Shown here: piece after piece, positions 33,121 through 52,311 of the stretch
Numbering within the stretch: position 1 is the first letter of the stretch
How the letters are laid out: each line of letters opens with the position of its first letter
DNA from: the human T2T-CHM13v2.0 reference genome, Homo sapiens
Reading direction: 5' to 3' (one strand)
NCBI RefSeq assembly: GCF_009914755.1
Contig: NC_060945.1
Length of the DNA: 64,000 nt
Notes under the pieces: model-generated
Told to the model about the DNA's origin: nothing
Databases searched by the model: none
What the model saw: only the letters and a program-made list of their open reading frames with translations
Program-made: the position numbers and the translations under genes

Positions 33121-33542
33121 ATCCAAAGTCAAGTCTCCTAACTCTCATCCTGAACTCTCTTCCACGGTGGCCCTTCCCGGACCCAGTGGAATGCACAGAT
33201 GGAAAGGAAAGCAGGCTGCTTGCTCAGACTTCACAACGGAGAAATCAGAGAGGCCCAAGTCACTGCTTCCAAGGAATTTCGAGAATTTTAACAAATCTCA
33301 GCAGGAGCAATCAGTACACAGATCAATAAAATGGAGGCCACTCCACAGGTCTGAGTCTTCCCAAAACGCAGCCCTGCCAAGAGGTAAATGGATGGCAGCA
33401 AAAGATAATCTGGTATTGAGTGCCAAGCAGGTTAGACAGCTTCTCAGACTTAAATGAGTTTAAGTCAACTAGGGATCTTGAGATTCTGTGATTCTGGTTT
33501 AGTTGGTCTGCAATTACGCATTTCTAACAAACTCCTACATGA

Positions 33543-34001
<459 letters not shown>

Positions 34002-34004
34002 GAC

Positions 34005-34202
34005 CATTTTAATAGTTTTTGGGGATCAGGCGGTTTTTGGTTACATGGATAAGTCCTTTAGTGGTGATTTCTGAGATTTTGGTGCACCCATCACCCAAGC
34101 AGTGTACACTGTACCCAGTATGTGGTCTTTTATCCCTCACCCACCTCCCACCCTTCCTCCTGAGTCCCCAAAGTCCATTGTATCACTCTTATGTCTTTGC
34201 AT
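34005..34202 (-). mobile_element. L1PB-like 3' end
   Basis: same text as 24320-24520 (ggttacatggataagt...ctgagtcccca). Confidence 0.85.
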
Positions 34203-34879
34203 AAGGGCCCGCTTTTTAACACTTTGAGTAGCTGGCGTAGCAATGAAACTACATCACATTCCTTACCCCAAATGAGAAGCCACCTTCTCAGACTTGGGGC
34301 TCCATGGGATCATTCTATTTTCAGTAGATCTAAGCACACGATGACAAGCCAACACATTTCAGCTCACTTTAGGTTGAGTTAGAAAACATACATATTTCAC
34401 TTCCACGGTTTGTGAAAATGAAATCTTCATTATGTTAAAATCAGGCCAGTGGATTGGTTGCTTGATTGCAGGGGAAGGAAAGAAACCAACTGTGGTCTGT
34501 TTCTAAAGGAAATATAAAATAGGACTTAAAACTCAGAGGTCAGTGGAATGTGGTCTAATAACTGATTCAGAAACTCACTCAGGTCCCTTGGTAAGCCACA
34601 ATGTCAGGAGCTACAACTGAAAGAGAGCCCAAACATTCCACTTTGCAGAGAGTCATAGCACGGTTTTTTTCAACTTTGGTTTTCATGAAGTCTGGGGTTT
34701 CATGCCAGTTCTTAGTGAAAATTAACTTGAAAGAAAAGTCATCAGAACAGCAAGAAAAAGCAATTTGTAAGGCCCAGAGCCTCATCAACCAACAAGACAG
34801 ATGCTATAAAGACAAGCACTTGAGGGAAATTAGAATATTTAATAACATGCTATGTTTTTGAGGGGCTTGGGGTGGGTGT

Positions 34880-35145
34880 TTTTAGTTTTTATTTTTATTT
34901 TATTATTACTTTTTTATACATAGTGTTTGTTGCCCAGGCTGAAGTGCAGTGGCACAATCATATCTCATTGCAGCCTCCAACTCCTGGGCTCAAGCAATCC
35001 TCCCACCTCAGCCTCCTGAGTAGCTAAGACTACAGGTGTGTGCCACCATGCCTGGCTCATGTCTTATTTTCTGTAATGACAAGATCTCGCAATATTGCCC
35101 AGGTTGGACAAATTCCTGGCCTCAAGCAATCCTCCCGCCTTGGCA
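34880..35145 (-). mobile_element. Alu (AluJ), partial
   Basis: ctcctgggctcaagcaatcc. Confidence 0.88.
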
Positions 35146-35176
35146 ATATACTATGTCTTTAAGATTAAAGGTCATC

Positions 35177-35497
<321 letters not shown>

Positions 35498-35529
35498 TTA
35501 AAGATCACCAATTAAAATTAAAAACATGG

Positions 35530-36248
<719 letters not shown>

Positions 36249-36571
36249 AACTGAATGTGGCAAACTAACTCTGCACCAAATAAGCTTCTAATTTCCACTG
36301 CACTTGTTAATACCCCTTCCTATATATGTGTCAGCTAATTTACCTTCTCGTTTTATTGTTATTATGATTAGTAAGTCCCCAGGACAGGAGAGGGTGGTAT
36401 ACCTATTACTCATGATATACATTAAGCGATTCTCTCGAGGTTCAAAGCCACTAATGTTTACTTGTTGCAAAGTCAATTTAATTAAATATATATACACAAA
36501 ATACACACAACTCTTCCCTTTAAAGGCTGGAAATAAACAATTCAAATGGAAACCTCAAGATGTAAAAGGAG

Positions 36572-36926
<355 letters not shown>

Positions 36927-36964
36927 TCATATCCTACTCTGGTGGCAGAATTGATACAACCTAA

Positions 36965-37465
<501 letters not shown>

Positions 37466-37489
37466 AATACACCCCGGGGAGGCGGAGGG

Positions 37490-38337
<848 letters not shown>

Positions 38338-39009
38338 CTAAGTAAACCCCAGTGCAGCACCCATGGAATAGGAAACACTTGTTAAATGAATATTTACAAA
38401 TGATTTAAGGCCACCTGCAACACAACCGTTTTTACCACTAAATGGGAAAAACATCAAGCTAGCTTTTATACTTATGTATTATGTATAATAAACAAAGACC
38501 AGACAAAGGGGGAAAAAAGATGAAATCAAAGTATACCTGCAAAATAAAAATAGTTTCAGTCTAGGCTGAACTGAGTTAGCTTTTGATTCTTCCGTTCTTA
38601 AAGTTTCTGTAGATTTTCTGCATGGATTTGTTTTAGAATTAAAATTCTCTGAAGATTTTGTATGAATTTCTAAGAATTAGGTTCTAAATTCTTTATTGTT
38701 TTCTTCATTTAAATTCCTTATTGTTCTGTATCTTTTCCTCCACTCTCACCTTAGATTTTGAGTCTATCATAAAGTAATTTTTCTAATTTAAAAAAGCCTC
38801 TATTTTTTGTATATATGTAACAGAATTGCAAATATGATTACTTCATTTCACTGCTAAAAACATCTTTGGTTGTTTTCCAGAAGAAAAGCCAAACTTCTTG
38901 GCATGATCTGGCCACTGATCTTGCCAGCTTAGCTCATCTTATAACCCTGACTTAAGAATATGTAATAGTAATAATAAGAACATAATGACAATAATAATAA
39001 TTCTCATCC

Positions 39010-39530
39010 CCAGAGGTGACCAGGCCCTTTGATTGTTCTGTACTTCTGCATGTATGGGTCTCCTGGCTTGAAAATGCTTTCCTTCTCCCCCTTATCCACT
39101 GGAAGAACAACCACTCATCATCTAAGACTTAACTTGAACTTGGCTCATCTGAAGACCTACCTAATTCTGCACCGCCTTCAACTTCACCTCCCAAACTACT
39201 CTGAGATGCACTCCACGTATGTTCAGTAGCTCTTACCAGACTGTACTGAATGTGTCCATCTCTCCAGCTGTAGGGCTTGTTAAACCTCTAGTTGTTGGGC
39301 TATACCCCTAGAATTTCTGATTCAGTAGATTGGGGGTGGATGGGGGTGGGCAAGAATGTGCATTTCTAGCAAGTTCCCAGATGATGCTGATGTTGCTGGT
39401 CTGGGAACCACAGTGGGAGAACCACTGAGCTAGACTCTGAGACTCTTGAAGGTGGGGACTTTTATTCAATGTTGCATCCTAAGGCCCAAGAACAGTACCT
39501 GACACTTACTGCAAGATTGGTCAGAAATCA
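39010..39530 (+). mobile_element. L2 fragments flanking a MER5A
   Basis: gcttgaaaatgctttcct; tagactctgagactcttgaagg. Confidence 0.5.
39270..39427. mobile_element. MER5A
   Basis: tttctgattcagtag...gcatttctagcaagttcccagatgatgctgatg...gagaaccactg. Confidence 0.8.
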
Positions 39531-39556
39531 TTTTATTTATTTTACTTTTTAAAATA

Positions 39557-39889
39557 CAGTCATATATAGTCACACATCACTTAACAACAGATACATGTTC
39601 TGAGAAATGCCGTTAGGCAATTACGTCACTTTACGAACACTAGAGAGTGTACTTAGACAAACCCAGATGGTACAGCCTTTTGCTCGTAGGCCAAAGCCTG
39701 TACAGTATGGTACTGTCCTGAATACTGCAGGCAACAGTAATACAATGGTATTCGTGTATCTAAACATATCCCAATAAAGAAAAAAATACAGTCAAAATAT
39801 GAGATCACCGTCATATATGCAATCTTATGGGACCACCATCATGTATGTGATCCCTTAACCGAAATGCAACATGCACTGCAAAATGACTG
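39557..39889. mobile_element. Tigger3-family (TcMar) element
   Basis: TA|cagtcat...atgactg|TA termini; gttctgagaaatgc. Confidence 0.8.
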
Positions 39890-40030
39890 TAAACAAAATC
39901 CTTTCCCATACACATGGCTGCCATCACTAGAATGCCACATCGCATGCTATGCAGAGTTACATGCCATCTTACAACTAATTCCTTGATCATATCTTTGTGA
40001 AATCTGGAAACCTTAATAAATATGGGGTGA

Positions 40031-40361
<331 letters not shown>

Positions 40362-41739
40362 TTCCATACTCTTTATTCTGCCACTGCGTTTCTACCTCTA
40401 TAATGATGACAGGCTGGCAGTACCAAAGCGAGGAGCCAGAGTTGGGTGATCTGGCCTGCTTTCTAAATTACCTTCCTGGTAATAGTGACCATGGCCTTCC
40501 CAGACACACTCTCCGGCCAGTTTGTGAAAAAGCCATAGGAATGCAGAGAAGAAAAGCAACTCCACTTGTAAAGACTGGAAAGATGCGGCAACATGCATGA
40601 AGTGGGAGGGGAAGGCACAGTAAGAAAGATTTTCCAGGGAAACAGTAGAAACAAACACAGGGGTGTTAAAATAAATGACATGCCCCTGCAGTGTCAGGAA
40701 ATGTGCCTTGTGGATGAAATAGAATGTGTGATGGGAGACGGGAGCAGAAAATAATTTGGGGCCAGACTGTGGAAGGTCTGAAGTGCCGTATCACAAAGAT
40801 CAGACTTTAATCTGTATGTGGTCGCTCCCGTCAAAGGGGAGTGGCAATGATCAGAATTACATGTCGGAAAACAACTCTAATGGCTGGATGAATGATAAAA
40901 GGGGCATTGGAGGGGACATTCTGTGCATTACAGATAAAGAAATGCCAAATGAAACTGCAAGGGAAACATGTAACAAATTTAAATGTATGTGGGTATGTCT
41001 TTATCCAACATTGAAGTAAAGGCCTTTTGTGTTCTCTTTTCAGTCTCTCTCATTTCATTTCCAAAACAACATAAGGTAGATAAATAACCAATTGAAGCAA
41101 TAGGTACTAGAGAAATTGAAAGCCAGAGCTCTTCAGAGCAGGGGAGTCACCCAAGCCTTCCTAGATTTGATCCTAGCCTTTAAAAAGTAAGAAAGACTTC
41201 ACCAGTATGAATGATGCCATTTATAGTTATTGGTATCATTTAGAGCTATGCAGAAGAGCTAAGTTTGCCTTGCTCTTTACAGCCAAAATCTTCTGAAATG
41301 TGCCTTAAACCCAAATTAACATCATTCAGGTGATTAGGTTGAGCAAACTGGGTAGAAGGAGAATGAAAACGAATACATCAGTTATGCCATTTGCAGATAC
41401 AACCTCTGAAAGTAAATGGAATAATTAGATTTATACTTCAACTGCAATAATGCTTTATGGTCCATTCTTTTAGTTGGAAGCTAGGGCAATGCATACCAAA
41501 CTCTGGAAACTCAAATCATTCCTTTTAGAACAATTTCTCAGAATATAAGAAGAAAAGGAAGCAAATTAAAAAAAGGATTGATCCCTTGGAGGCTGAGAGA
41601 TTTTAATTATCCTTTAAGATGAGGGTGGTAATTGACTTATACTCTGAAACATCTTAACTCAGCGCTCATACACAGACACAACTTAATGATCAGATTGTCA
41701 GGGAATACGTTATTCCACACATGTGAATTTACCACATAA

Positions 41740-42052
<313 letters not shown>

Positions 42053-42131
42053 TAAATGTCCAAATATTTGTTTAAATGTGTTTAAATCCCTATTTTTAAA
42101 GAAAAAAAAAGGCATTGTAAAATATATTGCA

Positions 42132-42400
42132 GAACTTCTACATCCAGCTAAGATGCAGTAACAAGGACCAGATTTATACTCCCACCTGAAACAATTTAAA
42201 AATTGGACAAAATCTATGAAACAATGGTTTTCAGACACTGAACAACAGGTAGCACAGGACACTGATCTCTAACAGACTAAATACCAAACAGATGAGCATT
42301 ACGATCTGCCCCAGTGTCCCGGCTGCTAGGCCTTAGCACAGGGAGAGGGAACTCGAGCAGAATCTGTGGTGCCCTGGAGTTGAGAAGTTGAAGCTGAAAT
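42132..42400 (+). mobile_element. old L1M 5' region fragment
   Basis: gtaacaaggaccagattt...tgaaacaatggttttcagacactg. Confidence 0.55.
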
Positions 42401-43274
42401 AGATAACCATGCCACCATTTGAAATGGGCATGCTAAAGCGTTTGCTTCTTGATGGCAAATGGTCACTTGTATACTATGTTATGCTCGAATATTGTGAAGA
42501 CCATGGTTAAGAGCTGGAAAGATCTCTTCTCAATACTGTTAAACTTTTAAAAATTCAGACATGCTCTTATAATGAATTTTTACTTCCTCACTTCCTAACA
42601 GGCCATCACTGCAACTAACCACAACCGTGTTTTAATTGCAGTTATAGTTAATTGCACCTTCCATCTTTTGAGTCCCAAACGCAGTAGCTCTGAGTGTGTG
42701 GACAGGCTCTAGGTGAGACACACAGTGACCCTCCAGAGTGAAGCACTACTACAAGGACTGTGGTGAGCTCTGTGTTAACAGCTTGGCCGTCCCAGTTCTC
42801 TGTAATGTCCCACGGAGACTTTTGCCAACAAGTGACCTCTGGCCTGGCACTCAGTAGGCATGCAATGAATAACCACTGAACTAATTAATTACTTAGTAAA
42901 CGAATGAAGTATTATGGTTAAAAGTCTCAGGCAGCATGTATCCTCTTTGCTAAATTCATATGCTGTTCATATTTAGATCAGTCTGAACAGACTACGGAGA
43001 TGTCTTTGGTACTGAGCAGATTCTTGGCTTCCTTCCCTAAGAGTGATCCCCAACATTCTTGCCAAGAACTTCGGGGCCACTGGCCACACCACCCCTTTGC
43101 CTGAACTGAACCTGTTTGTAAAAGAACACTGGAACCCACATTGCACACCAGCAGTCTCAGCCTTCACGTCTTTAAAACTAACATCCTGCTTCATTCAAGT
43201 TAGTCTTTAAAATGCTCTTCGTCTTCAAGTTTAAGGCAAGAAGATAAAAAGGGTTTACTTTATGCACCCAGGAA

Positions 43275-43336
43275 TTACTCTAAAGATACATGCTTATAGA
43301 GTAACTTTAAAGTTACTCTAAAGATACATGCTTATA
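43275..43336. repeat. 24-bp direct duplication overlapping a perfect 24-bp palindrome
   Basis: ttactctaaagatacatgcttata at 43275 and 43313; tagagtaactttaaagttactcta at 43297-43320. Confidence 0.95.
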
Positions 43337-43637
43337 AGGTCACAAGATGCCTTGTCAATTGTTGTAAACAAGATTTTAATTAATTCCAGGAAATTGATGA
43401 ATCTAATTTTCATATAAAAAGGCCCAGTGGAATTTGAGCCCTGAATCATTCATACACGTTTGCTGCATGTAGTACTAATGACAATAGTACTAATTTTCAT
43501 TCACACAGCAACTTATAGATTATGGGATGAAACTAAGTAGGCAGCTCCCATTCACATTACAGAAAGCAAATGAAAAATTGGCCTAGTGTTTCTTGGCCCC
43601 ACTTTGGTTCATAAACTTCTACACTGCCATCAAGATC

Positions 43638-44000
43638 TGCCATGGTTTGAATGTGTTCCCCAACATTCAAGGGTTAGAAATTTAATCTCCAATGCAACAA
43701 TGTTGAGAGGTGGGACCTTTAAGAGGTAACTAGGTCAAGAGGGTTCTGCTCTCATGAATGGATTAATGTCACTGTCTTGGAAGTGGGTTCGTTATAAAAA
43801 CAAGCTCGGCCCTTTCTTGTTCTCTCTCACTCTCTCTCACCATGTGATGCCTTGCATCAGGGCAGCAAGAAGGCCCTCACCAGATGCAGCCCCTTGATCT
43901 TGGACTTCCCAGCCTCCAGAATCATGAGCCAAATAACCTTATATTGTTTATAAATTATGCAGTCTGTGGTATTTTGTTATAGCAGCCCAAAACTAAGACA
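43638..44000 (+). mobile_element. MSTD-like MaLR solo LTR
   Basis: TG...CA termini, perfect 5-bp TSD agatc. Confidence 0.88.
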
Positions 44001-44005
44001 AGATC

Positions 44006-44270
44006 CTTCACATATGCCACCTCCTCCATAAAGCCTCATTTTATATCTGTGAAGAAACTTGGCTATTCAACCTCTATTGTCCCATAGAACTTTGTTCTCA
44101 TCCCTACAGCAACACTTACTGCACTATGGTGGGATCTATCTATTCATTTATCAGCCTCCACTATAGACTGCAGGCTCCTCCAAGGACAAGCACCACGTAA
44201 TATACACGTCATTCAATCACCAGTGTCCACCACTGCCTCTGGCACATGGCAGCCACTTAATAAGCAAAGG
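44006..44270 (+). mobile_element. L2 3' fragment
   Basis: ctatagactgcaggctcctccaaggacaag...ctggcacatggcag. Confidence 0.55.
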
Positions 44271-44318
44271 ACTCTTGTTCCCAAAAGATAAATTCATTTA
44301 TCTAAAGTATACGCCAGA

Positions 44319-44622
44319 GCCAGGTGCGGTGGCTCATGCCTGTAATCTCAGCACTTTGGGAGACTAAGGCAGGCAGTCAGCAGTTTGAGACCAACCTGGC
44401 CAATATGGTGAAACCCCATCTCAACTAAAAATGCAAAAATTAGCCAGGCATGGTTACGCATGCCTGTAATCCCAGCTACTCAGGAGACTGAGGCACAAGA
44501 ATCACTTGAACCTGGGAGGTAGAGGTTGCAGTGAGCTGAGATGGAGATCACACCACTGCACTCCACCCTGGGTGACAGAGCGAGACTCGGTCTCAAATAA
44601 AAATAAATAAATAAATTAATTA
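44319..44622 (+). mobile_element. Alu (AluS)
   Basis: dimer with left-arm deletion. Confidence 0.92.
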
Positions 44623-44988
<366 letters not shown>

Positions 44989-45208
44989 TTACATTTTTCT
45001 TATCTCAAAAGTAATGTCTTTGTAAAAGAAAAAATTTGGTAAAATATCACATTATGGAGAAAATAGTTCTCCACTGTTCAAACTATAGGTTTCCGGTCTA
45101 TTTTTAATGTAAATATATCAAAGTTAAGCTCATATTATACATAGTTATTGATCTAATTTATTTTATATCCAATATCTTAAACATACTCCCATGTCACTAA
45201 AATATTAT

Positions 45209-45496
<288 letters not shown>

Positions 45497-45509
45497 CTAC
45501 ATAATAGGG

Positions 45510-45887
45510 TGGTATGGTTTGGATTTGTGTTCCCACCCAAATCTCATGTTGAATTATAATCCCCAATGTTGGAGAAAGGGCCTGTGGGAGGTGACTGGAT
45601 CACGAGGGTGGACATCCCCCTTGTTGTTCTCATGACAGTGAGTGAGTTCTCACAAGATCTGGTTGTTTGAAAGTGTATAGCACCTCCACCCTCTCTCTCT
45701 CTTCCACCTGCTCTGGCCACGTAAGAGTTGCCTGCTTCACCTTCTGCCATGAAAGTAAGTTTCCCGAGATCCCCCAGCCATGCTTCCAGTATAGCCTGGA
45801 GCACCATAAGCCAATTAAACCTCTTCTCTTTATAAATTACCAAATTTCAGATATTTCTTTATAGCAGTGTGAGAACAGACTAATACG
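45510..45887 (+). mobile_element. MSTA-like MaLR solo LTR
   Basis: tggtatggtttggat...gagaacagactaatac. Confidence 0.87.
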
Positions 45888-46139
45888 TATGGATATTCCA
45901 TAACTTACTTAACCATTTCTTTCTTTTTGGACAGTTAGATCACCTCTGGTAGTTGAACATTCAAAAAATTATCTCAGCTTGCTTTCTTAATAAGAGGTTA
46001 ACCCTTCCAAGATGATGCTGCAGGAATTCATGAATGGAGCAGCTACCCTCATCAACTACTTTTTACTAACCCCTTAAGCACAAGACAACAAAAGGTCCCA
46101 AGACGTGACCATGTTACTAGGCCACACATACATATGTAA

Positions 46140-46502
<363 letters not shown>

Positions 46503-46672
46503 TAGGGCACTGGAGAGAATGAAAAGATCTGTGCACAAACGTACCATCAGCTCACCTGTCATGATGTAACCCTTTTCCCTCTTTTTCTTGCATGTGTCCT
46601 GCTCTCTCCCCCAAGTCCTCTTTTGTATCCCACTTCTTACTACCAACTACCTGTTAAGAAACCCTCCAAAAG

Positions 46673-46903
46673 TCAAAAGTCTCTGTCTCAGTGCTATTGG
46701 CATTTTGGGCTGAATAATTCATTGTCACAGGGAAAGAGAGAAGTTCTGTGCATTGTAGGATGTTTGGCAGCATCCCTGGCCTCCATCCACTGGGATGCCA
46801 GTAGCAACCCACAACAACCCCACTATGACAACCAAAACCAACTCTAGACATTGCCAACTGTCTATCTCCTAGAAGGCAGTTTCATCCCCAGTTGAGAAAC
46901 AAT
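46673..46903. mobile_element. MER20 (hAT-Charlie)
   Basis: gcagcatccctggcctc...gatgccagtagca...agacattgccaa. Confidence 0.8.
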
Positions 46904-47203
46904 AATCTAAATTGATCATTTACTTATTTGATAATAAACGCAAGAAAGAGATCCACTAGAGCTGTGAGAATTCAGTTTCAATTACATTAACATGCTGACT
47001 ATAATCACTTGGTAGCGATTACCTGATGTCATGCAGGGGAAAGTGCTATCGTTGATTGGGGATGTCTGCCACAGGTTGGGGAAGGGCAGCCTGCCATCCC
47101 CACCACCTCACCAGAGGCAGCTGAACAGGAACAGGGGGTAGCCACAGTGATTAAAACTAGACTTGGCCCCAAGAGACCCAGACCCAATACCATCTTTCCT
47201 TGA

Positions 47204-47576
<373 letters not shown>

Positions 47577-47864
47577 TGATTATAACATCCTACGAAATGA
47601 TCCCCAGAAGAAACTACAGTTGACCAGTCATTAATATGTATAAGCTTCCTATTCTATCCAAGCACGCTGTACGCCATCAAAGGCTGGTAAGAAATAGAAC
47701 TTACTTTACCCGCATCCTCAAAAAGTTGGCAGCACTGAGTGCTAACCCAGAAACCATAATTATCGTGAAAAGAAATAGAACCACTTTCTGCTGAACCATG
47801 TAATCTATGTTTAAAAAAGAGGGAGGGGTCTCTCGAAGAACCACTGGTTGTCTAAGAATATAAC

Positions 47865-48110
47865 AGCTAGTGTAGAACAAACCAGACTGAGATGGAACAA
47901 AACCATGGATGGCTGATGCTTCCCATTGTCAATAGGGTCTTGATCACCGGCAATGTAACCTTGCAGTTACCTAACCTCTCTGTGTCTCAGTTTCCCTCGT
48001 TTGGTAAAACAGGGAAAAAATAGTACTCATACCTCCTAGTGTTGTTAAGATGAAGAAATAAGAGAATAACAAAAGCCATATGCAGTAAGTATTCTACAAA
48101 CGTTAGCTAA
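47865..48110 (+). mobile_element. MIR
   Basis: taacctctctgtgtctcagtttccctc core. Confidence 0.7.
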
Positions 48111-48562
48111 TATTGTGTGATGTCAGAACTATATTCAATCGAGAAAGCATCCAACAGCTTGTGTCATATTTGCCAGCAGCGTAGCAACTGAAGGTGTTAA
48201 GAAATGAGAAACTCAGAAAAAGTCTCACTCAAAGGCTGTATTCACAATCTAGCTTTCCCTTATAATTTCAGTGTGCTCAAACTACATCTCATGCAGGTCC
48301 AAATATTTCTTCTTACCTAGTCCTTAGTGGAATTAAGAAAATCTGATCACCACACTGCTGACTCCCCCAGTCCTCAAATATCTGATTATAGCCTAATTCC
48401 TGACACAAAATAAACCTAAATTCTTGGCCTTTAAAAAAAAGTCACAACACAAATGACCAAGTTAATACAGATGCTATCAGGGTTGTCCTGGTCCCAGATC
48501 AGTGATTCTTAGCAGAATAGGTTAAGAAAACCTTTAGATTTCCAATGGATTGAAAGACAAAT

Positions 48563-48883
<321 letters not shown>

Positions 48884-49304
48884 TTAATTAGTTGCAAAGG
48901 AAAACATGCATTTACATTTTCTGTGTTCCCCATTCTAGTTCCCAGCACCCCATCGTGGAAGGAAACACATAAGGTAATATCTCAGTGGGTTCCCAGAGCA
49001 GAAGAGTCACAGCAAGATGATTATGGTGCCTATTTAATCAGCTGGTCTTAACAGGTCACCATGCTTTTATGAACTCAGGATATGGGAAGAATCCTTTGTG
49101 ATTTTGCTGGTTCAATTTCTCTCTTCATCTTAGAGGGAAATGCTTGCCTTTTTCCATGTGAAAGCTCACAGCACAACAGAATCATGGCCCATTAGGGTTG
49201 GAAGGAACTTAGCAAATATTATAAACAGCATTTACCAAGGTGTGGCCCAAGCATCCCCCTGCATAAGAATCACATGTGACACTTGTTTAAAATGCAGATT
49301 CATG

Positions 49305-49630
49305 TGTTGGTATTCAACAAACTCATTCCTTCTTAAATGTGGCTGCATGGCTTGACTCTAGCCAATAAGGAATGTGAGTGGGAAAGATGTGTCTGCCCCT
49401 CTCACAAACCTGCAAGCACTTTCCCCTTCTAGGACTTGAGTCCCAGGAATATGGCAATGTTGGAAGGCACAAGTTGGCGATAGCAGAGCCACAATATGGA
49501 AGGAGCCTGGGTCCTGGAATCACCATTTGGTAAAGAACTTTTATGTGGACAAGAAATAACCTTTTGTTGGGTTAAGCCACTGTAATTTCAGACTTTGTTC
49601 CAGGATTGAGCCTTCCCTACCTAACATACA
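49305..49630 (+). mobile_element. MLT1J-like MaLR LTR
   Basis: gcagagccacaatatggaaggagcctgggtcc...gttaagccactg. Confidence 0.65.
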
Positions 49631-49727
49631 GGCTTCCTATCTTAGACATAGCAAGTAAGATCTGGAGGTCACTGAAGAAAAAAATTGACACTTGTTAAAA
49701 GAGTAATGAAGACTTAATTCAAAACTA

Positions 49728-50069
<342 letters not shown>

Positions 50070-50211
50070 CAATAAGGGTATTGTAACAGGGAAAAGAGAT
50101 CAAGCTCAACTCCAAACACAGCAAGGACAAGTGAGAACTTACAGCCAAGGAGTGAAGCTGAGAGGGTCAGTCAATGGACAATTACTAAGACGTAACGTCA
50201 GGAGTAGGGAG

Positions 50212-50511
50212 TTTTTTTTTTTTTTTTTTGAAACAGAGTCTCCCTCTGTTGCCTAGGCTGGAGTGCAGTGGCACGATCTTGGCTCGCTGCAACCTCCACC
50301 TCCTGGGCTCAAGTGATTCTCCCACCTCAGCCTCCTGAGTAGCTGAGGCTACAGGTGCACGCCACCATGCCTGGGTAATTTTTGGATTGTTAGTGGAGAC
50401 AGGGTTTCACCATGTTGGCCAGGCTGGTATGGAACGTCTGACTTCAAGTTATCTGCCTGCCTCCACCTCCCAAGGCACTGGGATTACAGGCATGAGCTAC
50501 CACGCCCAGCC
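50212..50511 (-). mobile_element. Alu
   Basis: reverse dimer. Confidence 0.93.
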
Positions 50512-52138
50512 GGGAGATTCTTGCAATCTTGCAAAACTGGCCTAACAGAATTCTTGCTAAAGACAGGCCAAGGACTTACACATCAAAGGTGGAAAATGAG
50601 GAACTTGATCAGATTATCAAGGGTGGTCAGATATCAAGAATGAAAGGATAACCTAGCAGGATTCTTTGCGAAGACTGGAATGGATAAGCCAAAGAGAGGA
50701 TGGGGCCAGGGTCACAGCCTAGTCAAAAAGAGGGCTCAGAGGAGCCTGACTACAGTTTCATCAAGGAGGGAATTATTGTCAAGGTAGGGCTCTGGAATTC
50801 TGTATTTAACAAGCTCATTAAGATTTAGAAAGAAAAATAAGCTGAGGAAGGAGAAAGACCATGCACCAGGTCACATATGCAAATATGAGACGGCCAGGAC
50901 CTGAAGAAGTCCCCAGGGACTGGTCAGGTTGGATCCAGTGTTTCAATGAACTAGTGTATTAAATAGCAAATTGCAATGCGGCTCCTATGTACATGTTACC
51001 CAGGATTGAAAGCAACTTTGAACTGCCTTGGAGCAATTTCCACAGAAAGCGTATCTGCCTGAGAAGTAGAAACCTTGGACTGTGGAGTTTCATTTTACAA
51101 CTTTAACTCTGAAAAAACAAAGGGAAAAGAGGATGGAAAGGAATGGGTTACAAAAGTGCCCAACATGGGACAAGGCCAGGGCTGTTGGACTCCCCAGCTG
51201 CTTTTGGTCATTGGGAATAATTAAACCCCCTAGTAACAGACAAGAAATAATGAACAGACATATCAGGGCCAGCTCCCCAGATATTATAAAAGCATGGGAA
51301 GTAGGGGAGGCAACATCTTCCCACAAGACAATTACAGTAGAGATGCGTCCATAACCCAGAGTCTATGGACCACGCTGCTGTATGTCAGTGGTTTAATTCT
51401 TTTCCTTTTAAGGAAAGATCTGATATTTTAATGGTTTTTTAAACGTTATCATGCAGAGCTAAGTGTTAATATTCTTTCAATGCATTCTCCTGCTTTTTAG
51501 CCTCTCTTGCCTTCCTTGCAAATCTGCCTGTTGAAGCCCTCCTTGACCATCAAGGACCAGTTTAAATGCCCTCATGTAAGAAGTCTCACCTGACCCACAA
51601 CCACCACCACCCACCACTGGAAGAAAATCCCCTGATATCAGACTCCTGTGGTCCATCAGTGGTGAATCTCTTTTAGCTTCTGAAATATAATTTCTGATGT
51701 TTATTAGAGGCAAAAAGAATCATATTTTATAGCCATGGTTTCTACAATGAGCCCTGAACTATTGTGGTTTTCCAAGTTTTCATTCTCAAATAAGCTCAGA
51801 GCATCCCTATCCCTCCTGCAAATCCCTAAAAACTGGAATTTGAAATTCATTGTATGCAACATAAATCTGACTGGTTACATAATATAAAACATCAGACAGA
51901 GCTGGCTTCCATTCAAGTCATTTAGAACATGTTTCATAAAAGCTGAACCTCATGGGAGGCAGCCTCTCAAAGCCAAAGCAAAGCTGCAGTTCATCCTTAG
52001 ACCCTCCTTGGTCTCAAATTAAAATATCCAGGAGGATAGAAATTGATGAGATTTCATTAAGTAAAAAATTTCATGAAAATCAATCCTAACCTCTGTAGCT
52101 CCCAGCAGCGGGATCTGTGTTTATATGAACAGCATTAA

Positions 52139-52311
52139 AGATAAGCTGTCCCACGGAAATTACAGCAGCAGTTATCAAACAACTTTAATGCACTCTTAAG
52201 TAGAGGCACTAAAATTTAGAATTCGCACTGGCTTTTCTGTCGTTCACGGCGTGGCGCTGAGTCAGCCTGCAACCACACAAGAAAACAGCTGTTGAGAAAT
52301 ACAGCTTCCTG
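52139..52311. promoter_or_regulatory. candidate enhancer (GATA, MARE/AP-1, RUNX, E-box, ETS)
   Basis: AGATAAG 52139, GCTGAGTCAGC 52256-52266, AACCACA 52271, AACAGCTGTT 52284, CTTCCTG 52305. Confidence 0.45.
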
